Shown here: piece by piece, positions 37,901-48,700 of the stretch | Layout: each line of letters opens with the position of its first letter | Numbering within the stretch: position 1 is the first letter of the stretch | DNA from: Cyclobacteriaceae bacterium | GTDB lineage: Bacteria > Bacteroidota > Bacteroidia > Cytophagales > Cyclobacteriaceae | Direction of reading: 5' to 3' | Assembly (NCBI GenBank): GCA_036569145.1 | Contig: DATCRE010000589.1 | Coordinates: 1 to 50,439, forward strand | DNA: 50,439 nt | The notes under the pieces: model-generated | Databases searched by the model: none | What the model saw: the letters and a program-made list of their open reading frames with translations, nothing else | Told to the model about the DNA's origin: nothing | Translations under genes and position numbers: made by a program

Positions 37901-38069
37901 TTCAAACTTGCGCATCTACGTAAATGGAAGCAATCTCTTTTACATCACAAAGTACAAAGGTTTCTCACCTGAAGTTTCAAACTCGTATGGTGTAACCACT
38001 ATGGGTGATGATTTCCGCACATACCCCGTTACAGGCATGGTTAAATTTGGTTTAGACGCAAAATTTTAA
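34989..38069 (+). CDS. SusC/RagA-family TonB-dependent outer-membrane transporter
   Basis: 1026 aa. Signal peptide, CarboxypepD_reg-like [37 protein letters not shown], TonB-box-like EVVVVGYG, plug [29 protein letters not shown], C-terminal barrel ending in F. No STN/anti-sigma extension. Confidence 0.95.
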   Translation: [1026 protein letters not shown]

Positions 38070-38081
38070 TTTGATAAAGCG

Positions 38082-39647
38082 ATGAAGAAGATTAAATATA
38101 TATCTATAGCGTTGAGCCTTTTTGCCTTCGCTTCCTGCTCCGACAGTTTCCTGGATAAAGAGCCTCTTGGGGTGTTATCTACAGCCACGTTATCATCAGA
38201 TTCTACTGTATTGAACATGGCTGTTAACAGGCTTTATGGTTCTATCAACTGGCGTGAATATGGTTTAGGCCGCCAGCAATTTGGTACGCATGAAGCATGT
38301 GCCGATGATTTTATTTCAGGAACAACAGTTGATTTCGACCAGGTGTTTGCAAATTATACTTATCTGGCAAGCAATGGTTGGGTGCAGCAATACTGGGATC
38401 GTACGTATCAAAATCTCCACTATTGCAACCTGGTAATTGATAACGCTAATAAATCAAATGCAAAAGTTTCAGGAGTACTGTATGAAGCACAAGGAAAGTT
38501 CTTCCGTGCCTATTACAACTTCGATCTTACCAATGTATTTGGCGATGCACCTTTACGTGATCACGATCCAACACTGGTTGAATATAACATTCCGAAAAGC
38601 ACGCATGCTGAAATTATTGCCCTTGTAATTTCTGATTTAAAATTTGCAATCGATAACCTTCCGACGAGAGCCCAATGGGGAACATCAGGTTTGGGAAGAG
38701 TAACGAAAGGAACAGCGCAAGGCTTGTTGGCAAAAGTTTATTTGTATGAGCAAGACTATGCTAACGCCAAGTTATATGCTGAGCAGGTAATTAATGGGGG
38801 AGAGTACAGTCTTTTCTCAAACTATCGTGCGTTGTTCAGTCCTGATAATCTTTACAGCGCTGAAAACATGATGCCTGGTGGATTTATATTTAATTCATCC
38901 ATCTGGACAGGTCGTTGGTATAGTCCGTTTTTACAATGGCAAGGTTTGAAAAGCTTAGGTGCTAACGCATGCCTTGTGCCATCTCAAAGTTTATATGATG
39001 CTTACGAAAGCGGCGACCCAAGACTTAAAGCTTCTCTGATGATCAAAGGTGTTAATGATACTATTCCCGGATTCAACAACAACGGTGCTGTTGATTTCAG
39101 CGGATCTGGTACAAACACAAAATATGCTAACAAAAAACTTATCTGGCCTTACTCGTACTGGAATAACAGCAACTTCAATTTCCAGAATGTAAATCCTATG
39201 TTCTTACGTTTTGCTGATATTGTTTTGATCGATGCCGAAGCGAGCAATGAATTAGGAAACACAGCCGATGCACAGAAATATCTTGAACAAATTCGTTATC
39301 GTGCACGTGGCAACAAAACATTTGCAGCCTCTGTAGCTGCTGGTGAAAATGGTGGGGCCGGTGTACTTCCCGAAATCACTGCTACCGATAAGGCTACGTT
39401 GCGTCTGGCGATCTGGCATGAACGCAGAGTAGAGTTGGCGATGGAGTTTAATCGCTGGTTCGATTTAGTGCGCTACAATAAAGTTGCTAATCCTGATGGT
39501 ACTGATGGCTCAGGTTATACCTACGCTTTATTACACGATACGTATGGAAGAACCAATTTTGACTACGAGAAATTTAGTCACTTCCCAATTCCTTCAGCGT
39601 ACATTACTTCATCTAATGGTGTTTTAACACAGAACTCCAATTGGTAA
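38082..39647 (+). CDS. SusD/RagB-family nutrient-binding outer-membrane lipoprotein
   Basis: 521 aa, 12 nt after the susC-like stop. Lipobox LFAFASCSDSFLDKEPLG. Typical TPR-like core (YEAQGKFFRAYYNFDLTNVFGDAPL, RAQWGTSGLGRVTKGTAQGLLAKVYLY, WHERRVELAMEFNRWFDLVR). Confidence 0.95.
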   Translation: MKKIKYISIALSLFAFASCSDSFLDKEPLGVLSTATLSSDSTVLNMAVNRLYGSINWREYGLGRQQFGTHEACADDFISGTTVDFDQVFANYTYLASNGWVQQYWDRTYQNLHYCNLVIDNANKSNAKVSGVLYEAQGKFFRAYYNFDLTNVFGDAPLRDHDPTLVEYNIPKSTHAEIIALVISDLKFAIDNLPTRAQWGTSGLGRVTKGTAQGLLAKVYLYEQDYANAKLYAEQVINGGEYSLFSNYRALFSPDNLYSAENMMPGGFIFNSSIWTGRWYSPFLQWQGLKSLGANACLVPSQSLYDAYESGDPRLKASLMIKGVNDTIPGFNNNGAVDFSGSGTNTKYANKKLIWPYSYWNNSNFNFQNVNPMFLRFADIVLIDAEASNELGNTADAQKYLEQIRYRARGNKTFAASVAAGENGGAGVLPEITATDKATLRLAIWHERRVELAMEFNRWFDLVRYNKVANPDGTDGSGYTYALLHDTYGRTNFDYEKFSHFPIPSAYITSSNGVLTQNSNW

Positions 39648-39660
39648 CATAATGATTACA

Positions 39661-39693
39661 AGTAGTCTTTCCGTTGAAACAGGAAAGACTACT
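39661..39693 (+). terminator. Strong hairpin immediately after the susD-like gene (intra-locus terminator/attenuator candidate)
   Basis: Perfect 12-bp stem agtagtctttcc (39661-39672) / ggaaagactact (39682-39693), 9-nt loop. Only a weak T-run follows (cttaactctttcc). Confidence 0.6.
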
Positions 39694-39887
39694 CTTAACT
39701 CTTTCCATATCATTTAATAAAAGATTAACAATCAATCATAATCAGTCAACGTATTTACGAGGAAGTTTCCCTCTGAACATGACAGGATTATGGTCATTGT
39801 CTGGATAGAGAATATCCCGACAAATTCAGATCAGTGTAGCAGGAATATCTTATTCAGTTTATTGATTTACAAAAGAAACCCCATACT

Positions 39888-42689
39888 ATGAAAACTTCAA
39901 CTAAAAGACCAAACCTGGTAATACCCGGAATGGCCACATCTTTTAATGGGTTGGCAAGTGTGCTGTTGATGGTTGTTATGATAACAGCCAATGTATTAAT
40001 ATCTCATGCGCAAACTTTCGTACATCCCGGAGGTTTGCATAATCAGGCCGACCTTGATCGTATGAAAACGCAGGTGGCCGCAGGTGCTCATCCCTGGATA
40101 GATGATTGGAATGTTCTTATTACAGATTCGCAAGCTCAAAACACCTATACCGCTGCCCCCTTGGCAAACATGGGCGGCAATCGTCAACGGGCGTCGAGAG
40201 ATGCACATGCCGCTTATCTCAATGCTATTCGATGGTACATCTCTGGTGACGTAAGTTATGCAGACTGTGCTGTGAGAATTTGTAATGCATGGTCTTCAAC
40301 AGTAAACCAGGTTCCTTCCGGTACGGATATACCTGGTCTGAGTGGTATTCCCATTTTTGAATTTGCAATGGTAGGGGAGCTTCTCCGGATTTATCCCGGA
40401 TGGTCAGCGACTGACTTTGCAACTTTTAAAAACATGATGATTACGTATCTCTATCCTGTCTGCAATGATTTCCTGGTGAATCACAGGGGCGCTTGTATCA
40501 GCAACTACTGGGCTAATTGGGATATCTGCAATATCGGAGCCATCATGACCATTGGTGTTCTCTGCGATGATGCAGCGAAGTATAACCAGGCTGTAACATA
40601 TTTTCAAAGTGGCGCCGGAATGGGAAGCATTGCTAATGCTGTTACCTTTTTACATCCGGGTAGTTTAGGACAATGGCAAGAGAGTGGTCGTGACCAGGAG
40701 CATGCTCAGCTTGGTGTTGGCATGATGGGTTATTTCTGTGAAGTAGCATGGAACCAGGGCCTCGATCTTTTTGGCTATAGCAGCAATCGATTGATGGCCG
40801 GAGCCGAGTATGTGGCGAAAACCAACTTGTGGCGCTATGTTCCCTATCAATATTATAACAACTGCGTGGGGGCGAATCAATCATGGGTTTCTATAAATGG
40901 TCGTGGTCGTTTGGATGATCGTCCTGTATGGGAATTACTCTATAATCATTACGTTGTACGAAAAGGATTAAGCGCTCCCAACATACAAGCCATGGCACAA
41001 TTGATGCGACCTGAACATGGAAGCATAGATCACTTTGGTTATGGCACATTAACATTTACACAAGCTGCAGCTTCATCACCATATCCACCTTCAGCTATCG
41101 CGCCTGTACCTACAGGACTTACAGCGACGGCAGGTGTTGGCCAGGTGTTTTTGAAATGGGCGCCTTCTAACGGTGCCACTGCACAAGGCTATAATGTATT
41201 GCGTGCAACAACAAGCGGCGGACCTTATACAAGCATTGCATCATGGTCTAACAATACTACGGCGCTGTATACAGATGCATCAGTAACGAATGGCACAACG
41301 TACTACTATGTTGTGGCTGCTATTAACCAGTCAGGCACGAGTGCAAATTCTGCCCAAGCAAGTGCTACACCTATTGCCGCGGGGGCATTGCCTTCAGGAT
41401 GGGCAAGACAAGACATCGGTACTGTGAGTGCTACAGGTAGTGCTGCTTATGCTACTGTTTCCAATGGAACTTTTAATGTTACGGGTTCAGGCACAGGTAT
41501 CGGTGGTACTGCCGATTCATTTGGCTACGCATACCAAAGTGTTACAGGCGATTTCACTATTACAGCTAGGCTTGTATCTATTAGCGGCACGTTGAGTAAA
41601 ACAGGTATTATGATGCGTGAATCACTGGCTACAAATGCCATGGCACTGGTGATGAAGCTTGGTGATACTGGTTGGCGTCAGGCTGGCTTTGGCACACGAT
41701 CTTCAACAGGAGGATCAATGACCTGGGCAGCTGGCAACGACTATACATGGACAACAGCCTGGTTTAGATTGCAACGTGTTGGCAATGTCTTCACAGCATT
41801 TGAATCTTCTGATGGTGCAAGCTGGTTTACTGTGGGAACAAGTACGGTTGCGATGGCAACTACGTATTACGTTGGCCTTGCTGCCTGCTCAGGTAGTACA
41901 ACCGGTGCATTAGACACTTCTGTTTTTGACAACGTAGCTGTTATTTCCGGAAGCGCTCAGCCAATCCCTGATGGAACATATAAAATCATTGCACGACACA
42001 GCGGCAAAGCGCTTGATGTAACCAATAACGGTACGGCTAATGGCACGAACGTGCAGCAGTGGACTTTAAACGGTTGTAATTGTCAACAATGGACGTTAAC
42101 AAACCTGGGGAGTGGCCAATATAAAATCATTGGGCTAAGCAGTGGTAAATCACTTGATGTCGCTGGTGTTTCCACCGCCGATGGCGCTAATGTTCAAATC
42201 TGGACTTACAACGGTGGCAATAATCAACGCTTCACCTTCACACCAACAACCGGTGGGTATTATCGCATTACACCTGTGCATAGTGGAAAGGCGTTGGATG
42301 TAGCCAGTGGCTCCACGGCCGATGGTGCCAACGTACAACAATGGACATACAACGGTGGCAACAACCAACAATGGCAACTCGTGCCCGCTACTTCTGTAGC
42401 CAGAGTAGAAACTGCCACCGCTACACCAACTGTAATTGCAAATGAGAATGATGAACAGGTTATCATTTATCCAAATCCGGCAACCGATGAGATTACTGTA
42501 AAGCTGGGACATGATTTTGAATCAGGTGCTACGCTGATGTTCCGTGATGGTAATGGCCGGACTTTGTATTCACTGCAGGTAAAAGGTGCTGAGCATGTAC
42601 TAAAGCTCAATAAAATTTCAGTTGGCTATTATTTCATGGATATAAGCAATGCGAAAGGAAGTATCACCAAAAAACTTATAAAATATTGA
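39888..42689 (+). CDS. Secreted alginate-lyase-fold (PF05426-like) protein with Fn3, ConA-like module, ricin-B lectin and T9SS C-terminal sorting domain
   Basis: 933 aa. Signal peptide. Head FVHPGGLHNQADLDRMKTQVAAGAHPW..RDAHAAYLNAIRWYISGDVSYADCAVRICNAWSS..SNYWANWD..GRDQEHAQLGVGMMGYFCEVAWNQGLDLF. Fn3 at ~41100-41375 (YNVLRATTSGGPYTSIA..TNGTTYYYVVAA). ConA-like at ~41380-41950 (WARQDIGTVSATG..FGYAYQSVTGDFTITARL..KTGIMMRE). Ricin at ~41960-42385 with three QxW repeats (NVQQWTLNGCNCQQWTL, NVQIWTYNGGNNQRFTF, NVQQWTYNGGNNQQWQL). CTD at ~42455-42686 (VIIYPNPATDEITVKL). Confidence 0.88.
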   Translation: MKTSTKRPNLVIPGMATSFNGLASVLLMVVMITANVLISHAQTFVHPGGLHNQADLDRMKTQVAAGAHPWIDDWNVLITDSQAQNTYTAAPLANMGGNRQRASRDAHAAYLNAIRWYISGDVSYADCAVRICNAWSSTVNQVPSGTDIPGLSGIPIFEFAMVGELLRIYPGWSATDFATFKNMMITYLYPVCNDFLVNHRGACISNYWANWDICNIGAIMTIGVLCDDAAKYNQAVTYFQSGAGMGSIANAVTFLHPGSLGQWQESGRDQEHAQLGVGMMGYFCEVAWNQGLDLFGYSSNRLMAGAEYVAKTNLWRYVPYQYYNNCVGANQSWVSINGRGRLDDRPVWELLYNHYVVRKGLSAPNIQAMAQLMRPEHGSIDHFGYGTLTFTQAAASSPYPPSAIAPVPTGLTATAGVGQVFLKWAPSNGATAQGYNVLRATTSGGPYTSIASWSNNTTALYTDASVTNGTTYYYVVAAINQSGTSANSAQASATPIAAGALPSGWARQDIGTVSATGSAAYATVSNGTFNVTGSGTGIGGTADSFGYAYQSVTGDFTITARLVSISGTLSKTGIMMRESLATNAMALVMKLGDTGWRQAGFGTRSSTGGSMTWAAGNDYTWTTAWFRLQRVGNVFTAFESSDGASWFTVGTSTVAMATTYYVGLAACSGSTTGALDTSVFDNVAVISGSAQPIPDGTYKIIARHSGKALDVTNNGTANGTNVQQWTLNGCNCQQWTLTNLGSGQYKIIGLSSGKSLDVAGVSTADGANVQIWTYNGGNNQRFTFTPTTGGYYRITPVHSGKALDVASGSTADGANVQQWTYNGGNNQQWQLVPATSVARVETATATPTVIANENDEQVIIYPNPATDEITVKLGHDFESGATLMFRDGNGRTLYSLQVKGAEHVLKLNKISVGYYFMDISNAKGSITKKLIKY
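42455..42686 (+). other. T9SS type A C-terminal sorting domain of the 39888-42689 protein
   Basis: VIIYPNPATDEITVKLGHDFESGATLMFRDGNGRTLYSLQVKGAEHVLKLNKISVGYYFMDISNAKGSITKKLIKY. The YPNPA..D...V and G.Y......G....K.IK pattern is typical of Por_Secre_tail. Confidence 0.85.
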
Positions 42690-42718
42690 GGTCACTTTAA
42701 AATAATCAATTCATCATT

Positions 42719-45700
42719 ATGATACATAACAAATCAAATATCCCGATCAATCGCAAGAGGAATTCTGGTACAACTGCGGGAGTACTCAAAAGAATTTTCC
42801 TGATACTGTTGTTTGCGGGATCACTATCACAACTGAAAGCCCAGTCTTTTGTACACCCGGGAATTCCTTTCACATCGGATGATCTTAATCAGTTAAAAAC
42901 AAATATTGTCAATGGAAAAGAACCGTGGACCAGCCTGTATGCATCCTTTGCCAGCAGTTCTTACTCTTCATTGAATTATGGTATGCAAGGCCCGTTTGCC
43001 ACTGTTGGACGTGCTCCTGATGTACATCTTACACAATGGCAAAATGACATGCGGGCTATTTTTCATTTAAGCTTGATGTCAGTCTTTACAAGCAACACCG
43101 CCTATGCTGCAAAAGCAACAGCTATACTCGACAGTTGGGCAACAACCAATACGAGATGGGAGGGTGAAGAAACTTTTCTTGCACTGGGAGATTACAGTGA
43201 ATATTTTGTAACAGGTGCTGACATCTTAAAATCAACTTACTCAGGTTGGACAGCTGCTAATACAAGCCACGTAAACAGTTATTTCAATAATGTAATATGG
43301 CCCGAATTAGATGTTCCTAATCCTGTGCGCCCTATGAACCAGGGATGTATCCAATTGAAAGCAGCGTTAAGCGTTGCCGTTTTTTTAGATGATGCAGTGA
43401 AATGGAACCAGGCGATAAACTCATATCGTACTGATGTTGGCGGCGGCTTGTACAATAGTCTTCCTAACGGTCAGATAGGTGACGCAGGTCGTGATGAAGG
43501 TCACTGGAGAGGAGGAGTACAAGCACTGATATGGGGAGCAGAAGTAGCCTGGAAGCAAGGTGTGGATTTGTTCTCAGAAATGGATAATCGTTTGCTAAAG
43601 ATATGCGAGTTATATTGTCGCTATCATTTAAGCACTTCTAATTTAACCTTCATACCTTTCGGTGGACCATACGCATATTATACAGGCTGGGCCGATGATG
43701 GCTCACCAAAATCATTATTCAATGCTTACAACATTATAAGCAATGCTTACACAAACCGAAAAGGAATTTCAACACCATTCACAGACCGGTTTATTGATTT
43801 GAAAGGTAATGACATTTATACTTTCCTTTTTCTTAAAAGTTCAGACAACTCAACGGCTACGCAACCTGAGGCTGTTATATATCCAAAAACAAGCGCCATT
43901 ACTTCGCTCACAAGTGCTGATGTAGGCACTACGGGCATTGCGGGAAGTACGACGTATAACAATGGCGTATGGACTATACAAGGTGCAGGCTCTTTACCAG
44001 TTCCACCCAACTCAAGTGTAGATGCATTTCATTTTTCTTTTCAAAAAGTAACTGACGATGCTTCCATCATTGCGCGGGTAACTTCTATCGAAAATACGGG
44101 TGACAATGTTCGCGTCGGAATCATGATGCGTGAGTCACTTGCTGTTGATGCTAAATATGTAGGATTGTTTATGCCCGCAGGTGGTGGCATGCTTGCTACA
44201 TGGCGTGGTGCTTCGGCCTGGAGTAAAACAAGCACCTCGTGGAATACACCAGCGACTAAAGGCCTCCAAACAAATCCGGGTGGTATACCACAATGGTTAA
44301 AGCTTGTGCGCAGAGGTACACGCGTTGCCCTGTTACACTCGAATGACTCTATAAACTGGTCAGGTGTTGCGGAAGCAGAAATAGCATTGCCCAGTACCAC
44401 TTACATAGGTTTGGTAGTGGCTTCCAATAGCACTTCAAAATTAAATACCTCTACGTTTTCTAATATTTCTATTACGAATACGTCACCTGCAGGATCGCCT
44501 GTTATAAGCAGCAGCCTCGGAGCCTCAGGAAGTGTAGGTTCAGCCTTTAGTTATACCGTTACGGGCACCAATGCTCCTGTATCTTTCGGCGCAACAGATT
44601 TGCCCGATGGTTTAAGCATTAACGCAGCAACAGGAGTTATTTCCGGAACACCAACAGCTTTTGGTACATCATACACCACCATTACAGCAACCAATGCAAA
44701 TGGTACAGCGAGTGCGGTTCTTAAAATTGAAATTGCCAACAGCGTAGCACCATCAGCGCCTCTAACGGTTACTGCTGTTCCGGTAAATACCTATAGTGTC
44801 GGGTTATCATGGTCGGCATCACCAGGCGCGTCAAGCTATTCTATAAAACATTCCGCTGTTTCAGGAGGTCCGTATGCCATTATTGCTTCCAATATCACCG
44901 ATACCACATTTGTTGATGATGCAGCATTGCCCAAAGCTAACTATTATGTAGTCGAAGCGTTCTCAGGCAGTCTTGAAAGTACACCATCAACCGAAGTATT
45001 GATTACGCTGCTCCCTGATATTTCAGATAGCGTTGTCGTTTCAGGTGGAGTTGGCAACGTTACGATCAATTGGGCTGCGGCTGATGGTGCAACGAGTTAC
45101 AATGTAAAACGTTCGTCTGCAACGGGTGGACCCTATACTACAATTGCTACCGGAGTCACGGCTACAACTTATACAGATAATGGACTGACTAACGGCCAGG
45201 TTTATTATTATGTTATCTCATCTGTTTCTGATGCAGGAGAAAGTGAAAACTCTGTAGAGAAATCAGGAACTCCCGGATCAACAACAGTAAAGTGGGCGGC
45301 AAGTCCAACGACTGGCAATTGGAATCTTGGAAGTAACTGGGAAGGATCAGCTGTTCCTCCGACGTATGCAAGTTTAGTCTTTGGTGCATCAAGCTCAGCA
45401 ACACTTACAAATGATATGGATAGTTTAAAAGTATCCAAACTCATTTTTAATGCTGATGCTCCGGCCTATACCATCGGTGGTAATGTTTTAATGCCGGGAA
45501 CTGAAATAACCAATAACTCATCTTCACTTCAGACTATTAACACGCCGTTGACATTGCGTAATGTTCTTGCTGTTAATTCAAATACGGGCAGCACGCAACT
45601 TTTGGGTGCTATAAGCGGAACAGGAAGTATAACCATAAATAACACCACTGCAACGGGTTCTACCATCGGTGGATCAAACACGTACTCCGGTGGAACAACT

Positions 45701-48700
45701 GTATATGGAAGCTGGAACGGCGTATGGGGTACACCTAGTTATGCTTTAAATATCATGGGCACTGGCACTGGTGCAATTGGAGCGCCAACAGGAGGTGCAT
45801 TTGGTACAGGCCCCGTTTATCTTAAGGGTGGATGTCTTGTAAATTCTGGTTATGCCAAAATTTACAATGACGTTTATCTTGCCACTAATACAAATAACTA
45901 TGCGATAACAAATCCAGGTGGTATGGAATTCGCAGGCAGATTTATTGGTGATGGCAATTTCTCTCTTGAGTGTAGCTATGGTTATCCATACTATACTTTC
46001 AGTGGAGATAATAGTGCGTTCACAGGCAAATTCACTACCATCAAGCGTACATCTTTTTTCCGCATGGCCATTACGTCTGCTGCCGCTGGTAGCGCTAAAG
46101 CGAAATGGGAATTTAATCCGAATTTTAGTGCTGACTGTCTGCGACTACAATTTAACGGAACGATAGAGTTTGGTGAATTCGCGGGTGTAGGTTCTATGCA
46201 TGCCTTCGGAGGTGCAAGTCCTATACTCAGCATCGGTGCGCTGAATACGGATGCAACGTATGGTGGTACAGCTTCAGACGGTACTTCATTTGTTAAAGTA
46301 GGAACAGGAACACAACGTTTTGTTGGAGTAAATACATATTGGGGTACTACTACAGTACAGTCTGGTAAGTTTTATGTGAACAATGATTTTGCAAGTCCTG
46401 TAACAGTTAATGGTGGTATCTTTGGTGGAGTAGGTTTAAGCTCTGCTTCTGTAACTGTAAACAATGGTGGAACATTATCACCTGGTGATGATGGCTTGGG
46501 TATATTCACGACTACAAATACACTTACTGCAGCAACAGGCGCAACGTTAGCCATTGAAATCAGCAGCTCGAATGTAACCTCTGATGGAATTGTGGCTAGT
46601 GGTGTTACGCTCAATAATGCTACGTTGAGTTTGACAGATATTAATTCAGGAACATTACCAACAGGTACAAATTTCACACTAATCAATAACACAGGCTCTG
46701 CAGCTGTCGTTGGTACATTCAATGGCCTGCCGGAATATTCTACCATTACGATTGGAAATTATAATTTTCAAATCACTTACAAAGGAGGAACAGGCAATGA
46801 TATAGTTCTTCTTGATGAAAGAACAGTGCCTGCGTACATCACAAGCGCTGCAACAGGAGTGATTTCCGTTGGTCAATCTTTTACATATACACTTACTTCT
46901 AATCGCACCATACTTTCCAGCAGTGCTACAGGACTTCCTCAAGGTTTAACGATTAATAGTACAACCGGGGTTATCAGTGGCACACCAACTTCCACTGGCG
47001 TATATGCTATCGCGATTTCTGCTGTGACTGATAAGGGCACAACAACAGGAACGTTAGTGCTTACTGTAAATACAAACGCAGTACCATCGACACCTGCTGG
47101 CTTAGCAGCTTCAAATGCAGGATTGGCAAAAGCACTCTTGACATGGAATAAACTCAGCACCACGCAACTTGTAACAGGTTATTCAATCAAGCGCAGTACA
47201 ACAAGTGGCGGACCTTATACTACCGTTGCAACAGGCGTTACTGATACAACTTATACGGACACAGGATTGTCGTATAATGTTACGTACTACTATGTGGTTT
47301 CGGCCAGCAACAGCTTTGGTGAAAGCACAAACTCCGGGCAGACTACGGTAACTACATTATCACCGCCAGTACCGTCGGCTGTAAGTTCATTATCTGCTGT
47401 TAATGGCAATGCAAAAATTAATCTCAGGTGGAGTCCTAATAAGTATACTGAAAGCTTCACCGTCAAGAGATCTACAGTTTCTGGTGGTTCCTACACAACG
47501 ATAGCGACTGCTGTAACGGATACATCCTATGTAGACAATACAGTTTCAAATGCAACTACATATTATTATGTTGTCACTGCTAAGAACATCAGCGGAGAAT
47601 CAGCTAACTCAAATGAAGCTGTTGCCACACCTGAATCGACAGCATACAATTGGTGGCCTTTCAATGAAACAACGGGCAGTTCTATAGCTGATGTTTGGGG
47701 AGGTAAAACCGCAACATTGAATGCAGGCACACGTGTACCAGGCATACAAGGTTCAGCCATAAACCTGGCAGGCACCAGCACAAATTATGTTTCATTACCG
47801 AGTGGCATTGTCAGTTCATTAACAAATTTTACCATCTCAGTCTGGGTTAAACCAACCACCATCACAAACTGGATGCGCTTGTTTGATTTTGGATCGGGTA
47901 CAACAAATTACATGTTCTTTGCCATGAGCACTGGCAGCACGCCACGTTATGCTATACGGACACCGTCAGTGGGGGAAAAGGTTATCAATAGTTCAGTAGC
48001 GTTAACAACAGGTAAATGGTCGCACATTGCCATTACACAATCTGGCTCTACCGCTATGATGTATATCAATGGTGTAGTAGTGGGTTCTAATACTGCCATG
48101 ACGCTTTCACCTTCCAGTTTAGGTAATACAACCTTAAATTATATAGGAAAGTCTCAATTCAGCAATGATCCTTATCTGAACGCTTCAGTTGATGATTTCC
48201 GGATTTACGGAAGAAGTCTTACAGCTTCTGAAATTTCTTCGGTTATGAATACAGAAGTGTTGAAGGCACCAACCAATGTAGTAGCGAGTGGCGCTTATAA
48301 AAATGTTTCTGTTTCATGGACAGCGTCTGCTAAAGCTACCGCTTACAATGTAAAACGTTCTACAACAAGCGGTGGCCCTTATTCAACTATCGGTGCTGGT
48401 ATAACAGCAACAAGCTACATTGATACAACTGCGTTGATGGCTAACTACTACTATGTAGTAACAAGTATTTCCGGAAGCAATGAAAGCTTTGTTTCGAACG
48501 AAGCTTCTGTAGCGATAACTTCTGTGCCTAATGTACCAGCCGTGCCTTCAAGCGTTGCTGGCATTCCTGGCAATGCAAAAGTTACGCTTACGTGGCGTGC
48601 TGCTTCTGATGCTGCTGTGTATCGCGTGAAGAGAGCGAGCGTAACAGGTGGCCCTTATACTTTATTAGGTGTGACTTCCACTACGTCGTATGTGGATAAC

